From Eutreptiella sp. 'Long Island Sound 2002' (Eukaryota; Protista; Euglenida): a stretch of DNA of 64,000 nucleotides. The position numbers and the translations under genes were made by a program. How positions within the stretch are numbered: position 1 is the stretch's first letter; each line of letters opens with the position of its first letter. Under the pieces are notes generated by a model, which was not told where the DNA came from, did no database searches, and saw nothing but the letters and a program-made list of their open reading frames with translations. Location of the stretch: positions 13,578,001 to 13,642,000 of the forward strand of contig OZ038379.1 in NCBI GenBank assembly GCA_964036045.1. The letters run 5' to 3'. Shown here in pieces: positions 59,854 through 64,000 of the stretch.

Positions 59854-61948
59854 GTCCGCAACGGCTCCCCTCTGCAGTGTTTCTTGGCTCTCCCCGATCG
59901 CCTTCCCCTACAGCTCTGCCCCTGCATGAACCCCGCCCCCCACCCACCTACCCATGACCCAGCCACCAGACTTGCTGCTGGTGCTGTGGCGTGAGTGGGG
60001 AGAGCTGAGTGGAACTGAGTCAGACATTCAATGTGTGCGGACCCTACTGAGTGCTGGACAGGCCCCGGGCGAATCCTAGTGAGTACAGATTGCTGGTCTG
60101 GACACTGACAGCAAATGTGCTGCCCAACTCTTGCGCAAGCACGGCCTTGTCGAAGCGCGGCGAGCCGCTCCTGATCGTTGCTTTTTTGACCGCTAGTTTG
60201 CTGGTTGAGGGGAAAAGATGACACGGATGTGAGCCCATGGTAATGGGGGAGGGGGGCGTCCTGTGCTTAGCCAAGGCTGCTATCCCATGATGACACGCGG
60301 GTGTTGTGCGGTACACAGGCCCAAACTGAACGTCGACCTGCCGCCGCCCTAATCCACTCCACCTTTGAGCAGAAGTGGGCCGCACTCCAAGGCATAGTGC
60401 CGCTGAGAGCAGCCACAACTCGTACATGCTAGGCATATCTGGTTCTTGTTGATGCCCCTCTGCATGTTTTTGTGTGGGGGATTAGTATTCCGGCCGCTCC
60501 CGGATCATAACTGCAGAAGATATGCACGCTGCTCCGCGTCATGCCTTTTGTGCTTGAGGTGCAGTTGCTTCGAAGTTTGAGCATCGTCTTTTTTCACGCA
60601 GCAATTGGTTTCCATGTTGATCAGGCGCTGCAAGGAATGCAAACGGAGCATAGCAGGTTTTCCATGCCGCGACCACCGACTACTGCCGCCGTCCGGGCCA
60701 CCACGGCCGGTTGTGCGTGTCAGGGGACTGCGGGAGGCGGTTGTGGTGTGTGGGTGTATGTGGTGCACAGCAAGCGTAACGAAACTCCCTAGCACCAAAC
60801 TGGGGGCTGGCGATCGTTTGCTGAAAGCAGCCCCCGGAGTTGTGCTGCGTTCTCTATTTCTTCATGAATCAATGGCTGGGATTGCCTGACGCGGGGGCAT
60901 TCAGTCTTATCAGAATCAACCAGTTGTGCAGGTGCCTCAGTAGCATCAATGGTGCTCCGCTTTATGGTGCTTCGTTGGGGGTGTGGACTGCAACGGGACG
61001 GAGCAGCTGCCTTTCGAGAACCCCCCCCCCCCCCAACCACCACCACCACCCCACCCTTCCAGACCCCCAAACCTGCACCCATGGGGCAGCAGATTTGTCG
61101 CCTGCACAGTGGCACCGTCACGGCTCGCTTCCTGCTTTGCGAGGTTCATGTACCCCCCGTGCAACGACCACCTTGTCCAACGACCACCCGCTGGTCCAAC
61201 AGTGAACCATTGCCGGTCGTTGCGTGAAGGGGGGGCGCGTATTGTGTCTGTCAGAATTTCCCGCTTTTGCCCCCTTCCTTACGGTGGGCGGGCAACGGTG
61301 CTTTGCCCCCACATCTGTTGAGTCAAAAACGCTCAGAATTCCAGTCTTCCAGAAAACACCCAGACCTCTTCACCTCCCCACCTCACGCCACGATCGCATA
61401 CTGCGGACGGGTCCAGCGCGTGGACAGCACAACGCTCGTGCGCGACACCTTCACGTGGTGTATTGTACTCCAGGAACCGGTGACCAACGCATTGTCCTGC
61501 GATGTGATGTGCGCGGAGCCGTCCGACCGACGTGGAATGCACCCGAAGGACTGATGGCTGACAAGTGCGGGGGATATTCAGTCACTCAGCACCGACAACT
61601 GAGCAGGGCGCTCCTCTCTCACCCCGTCTTTTCTTTTTTCTTCTTTGTTTGCGCCAAGAAGCGCCCTAAGGAGCGGCCAAAACAACTGCTCAACCGGCGT
61701 CGGTTGCCATCCAGCCGCCTTCGCATACCCTGCAACTGCCGTCAGAGCTGCCGCCCAAGCGCCCGAAGATGACTGGGCGTATGTTCAGCCACCCCCCCCC
61801 CCCCCCCGGCCGCCTTTTAGGGAATTAGGGAGGGCCCAGCCATTGAGCCCCCTCACGCCGCAAGTGTATGGCCCAGAACACCACTGAGACGCCCCCAATG
61901 CCCCCCCTCTTGCTTCCCCTGTACTTTGCTGGCCCATCGTCACCACAG

Positions 61949-62566
61949 GTCAATGCCGACATCCGTCTGGCTGCCGCCCTCCGCTTCAAGAACAGGCTGC
62001 GCAACGAGGACTGCGACGAGGACTGGAAGTCCCCGGTCCAAAAAGATGAGGAGGTGGTGGTGAGGAAGGCGTTGGGCGCCGTCATCATGGCCCCTTCCAA
62101 GGTCAGGAGCGTGCTCCTGGAAGAGCTGCAGAGGATCTTGACGTACGACTCCCTTTCCTGGGAAGGCCTGGTGACGGAAGTGATGCAAGGCCTGAACATG
62201 CACAAGATTACCGGGGCCCTGTCCGTACTTCGGGTGCTCTGCAAGCGATTCGAGTACAACAGTGCCGCCCCATTGTCACCCCAAAATTCCAATTCCAATT
62301 CCCTTCCACACCTGACGTCCAACGGCAGCCTACCGCCAATGCCCCCGGGCCCAGTGGCCCACCTGCCCGTGCCCCGCCCCCGGCGTGCCATCGACGTGCG
62401 GCTGGCTCCACCTCCTGCACCGCTGTCTGCGGCGGGAGGCCTTGTGCTGCCGCCCCCCGCACCGCCGGCTGCTGTGCCTGGCTCGGGCCTCCGAAGCAGC
62501 GCTATGCCGGACGGCCGATTGCCAGGTTTCGAGCCCATGCGGGTATGCGCCTCGGCTCTGTGCTGA
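61949..62566 (+). CDS. Importin-7/8-like exon 2, copy B (11 clustered amino-acid differences from copy A, plus one in the tail)
   Basis: Same splice sites and frame as 4179-4796. Confidence 0.8.
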   Translation, partial: VNADIRLAAALRFKNRLRNEDCDEDWKSPVQKDEEVVVRKALGAVIMAPSKVRSVLLEELQRILTYDSLSWEGLVTEVMQGLNMHKITGALSVLRVLCKRFEYNSAAPLSPQNSNSNSLPHLTSNGSLPPMPPGPVAHLPVPRPRRAIDVRLAPPPAPLSAAGGLVLPPPAPPAAVPGSGLRSSAMPDGRLPGFEPMRVCASALC

Positions 62567-64000
62567 CTGACGATTGGGGGGCTGTGGCTGGGGTTAGTGC
62601 GTACGCTCGGTCTGGGGCTCTAGCACGGGCAGATGCTGGCTGGGGCTGGTGAGAGCCTCCATACGTGGCTAGATCTTCTGCTTTTCGGTACGTAATCTGC
62701 AGCGCCAGGCTGCTTGGGGTTTGGCTAATGACGGGCCGAGGGCGGGCAACAACGCCAACAGTGGAGTGCACCCGAGGGGAGGGTGGCCCATGGCGATTGG
62801 AGGCTATTGGACAGTGGCAGGAGAGCGAACTGCCTTGATTCGGGGAATGACTGTGTCTTGGTGATCAACGGCGTCAGCAGGGATCCCATGGCAGTTGGAG
62901 GCTGACTGCTCTTGGTTGCAGTTTGTGCCTGGTGCGGTTTGATGGGACTGGGCAGCGGTTTGGATGGCGTTGTTGCATGGGTTCCGGACACCCATGATGC
63001 CCCCCCCCCCCCCCCTGTTGCAGCAGCATTTCCTTGTCTAAGCACACCGATTTATCTCGCTGTTTTCTACCGCAGCTTCTGTATTGGCATGCCAGCTTTT
63101 TTTTACACAACTTGGCCTCATTCAGTTTTCTGTTCCAAATTGCTCTTGTACTCTTTGCGACTCCCTTTTTGGTGATCCTGAATGCACACGACATGGGTGC
63201 TGTAAAGCAGCAAGGCAACACGTGGTTATGGTACCATGCCTGCTCCCTGCATGTTTTTGTACTGTATGGTACTGAATTGTACGGAAATGTGCACCACGTG
63301 CATGGCGCCCTGCATTGAATTGTACTGACACTGCACTATGTATGCCCTGCCCACTTCAAGCTCTCTGAACAGTGCACACTGTTCCCTGTGCGCATGTCAT
63401 GTTTTCGGGATTTTGTGGGGGAGATATTAGGCCCCAATTCAGTGCTGTGATGGTGTAGCAGCACCATTTTGAGTATCCTGAATCCGTGGTGAATGTATTA
63501 GCGAAAAGTGATTTTAATCTGAAAAAAAACCCGGCCCACCTTTCGGTGCACTGTTGACACAGTGGCACCCTCGTAGACTATATTTTTGCTCAGTTTTTCG
63601 ACATTTGCTCAACTGCTTTACACCCGATGCATTGCCTCTTGATCCATTGTGGCGGTGTGTAGTGATGGGAAGGCATGTCGCATGGGCATTGATTCACCAA
63701 GCAGCAGCAAGCATGTGCCAGATGCTAAAAAGGCAGAACTCAGCAGGGAGGAATGATGCATGACTTGGCTACTTGACTACTTGACACGTGCAATGGAACC
63801 CCACAAACCTTGAGTAAACAAACTCAATGGCAGCCAAAAAGCGGTGCAGCCAGTTGAGGGTTGGAAAGCCTGTCAAAAGCAGTATTTCTGAAACTGTTTT
63901 GGGTCCAGAGACCACCAGGAAATATCAGCATCCATTTGGGGCCCAGTAGGACATATCAGCACCCATCCAGAGACCACCAGGAAATATCAGCCTCCATCCA

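Larger units (their letters stand above)
57783..64000. repeat. Segmental/tandem duplication, copy B (matches 1-6229, runs off the window)
   Basis: Near-identical to copy A. Confidence 0.97.

Noticed and set aside
1-64000. rRNA, tRNA and the many 60-180-aa ORFs in the track
   Set aside because: No rRNA or tRNA signatures were seen. Most short ORFs are alternative frames of GC-rich exons, introns or repeats, with no family similarity.

Overview
Repeat-rich, intron-containing eukaryotic DNA with long GT-AG introns and many G/C homopolymers. The style is reminiscent of euglenid genomes, but that is only an impression. No rRNA, tRNA or CRISPR array was found. The first 6.2 kb recurs almost identically about 57.78 kb downstream, so the window may be one unit of a large tandem or segmental repeat. 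The unit is a mosaic of apparently incomplete genes: the 5' exons of an importin-7/8-like gene, the central and 3' exons of the histone chaperone HIRA, a folded-back coiled-coil exon, and a gene fusing two small prokaryote-like beta domains to an SF2 helicase. Mobile DNA includes a 5.4-kb 37-bp satellite joined to a degenerate Penelope-like element with an N-terminal GIY-YIG, a second PLE-type RT relic, and an intact hAT-type transposase ORF with a C-terminal SAP domain and 15-bp TIRs. There is also a 5'-truncated non-LTR element ending in RNase H and a family of short G-ended elements with 3-bp target duplications. The most striking signal is a 110-bp patch in importin exon 2, where the two otherwise ~99.8% identical copies differ at 13 sites. 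These change 11 codons, and every changed codon encodes a different amino acid.
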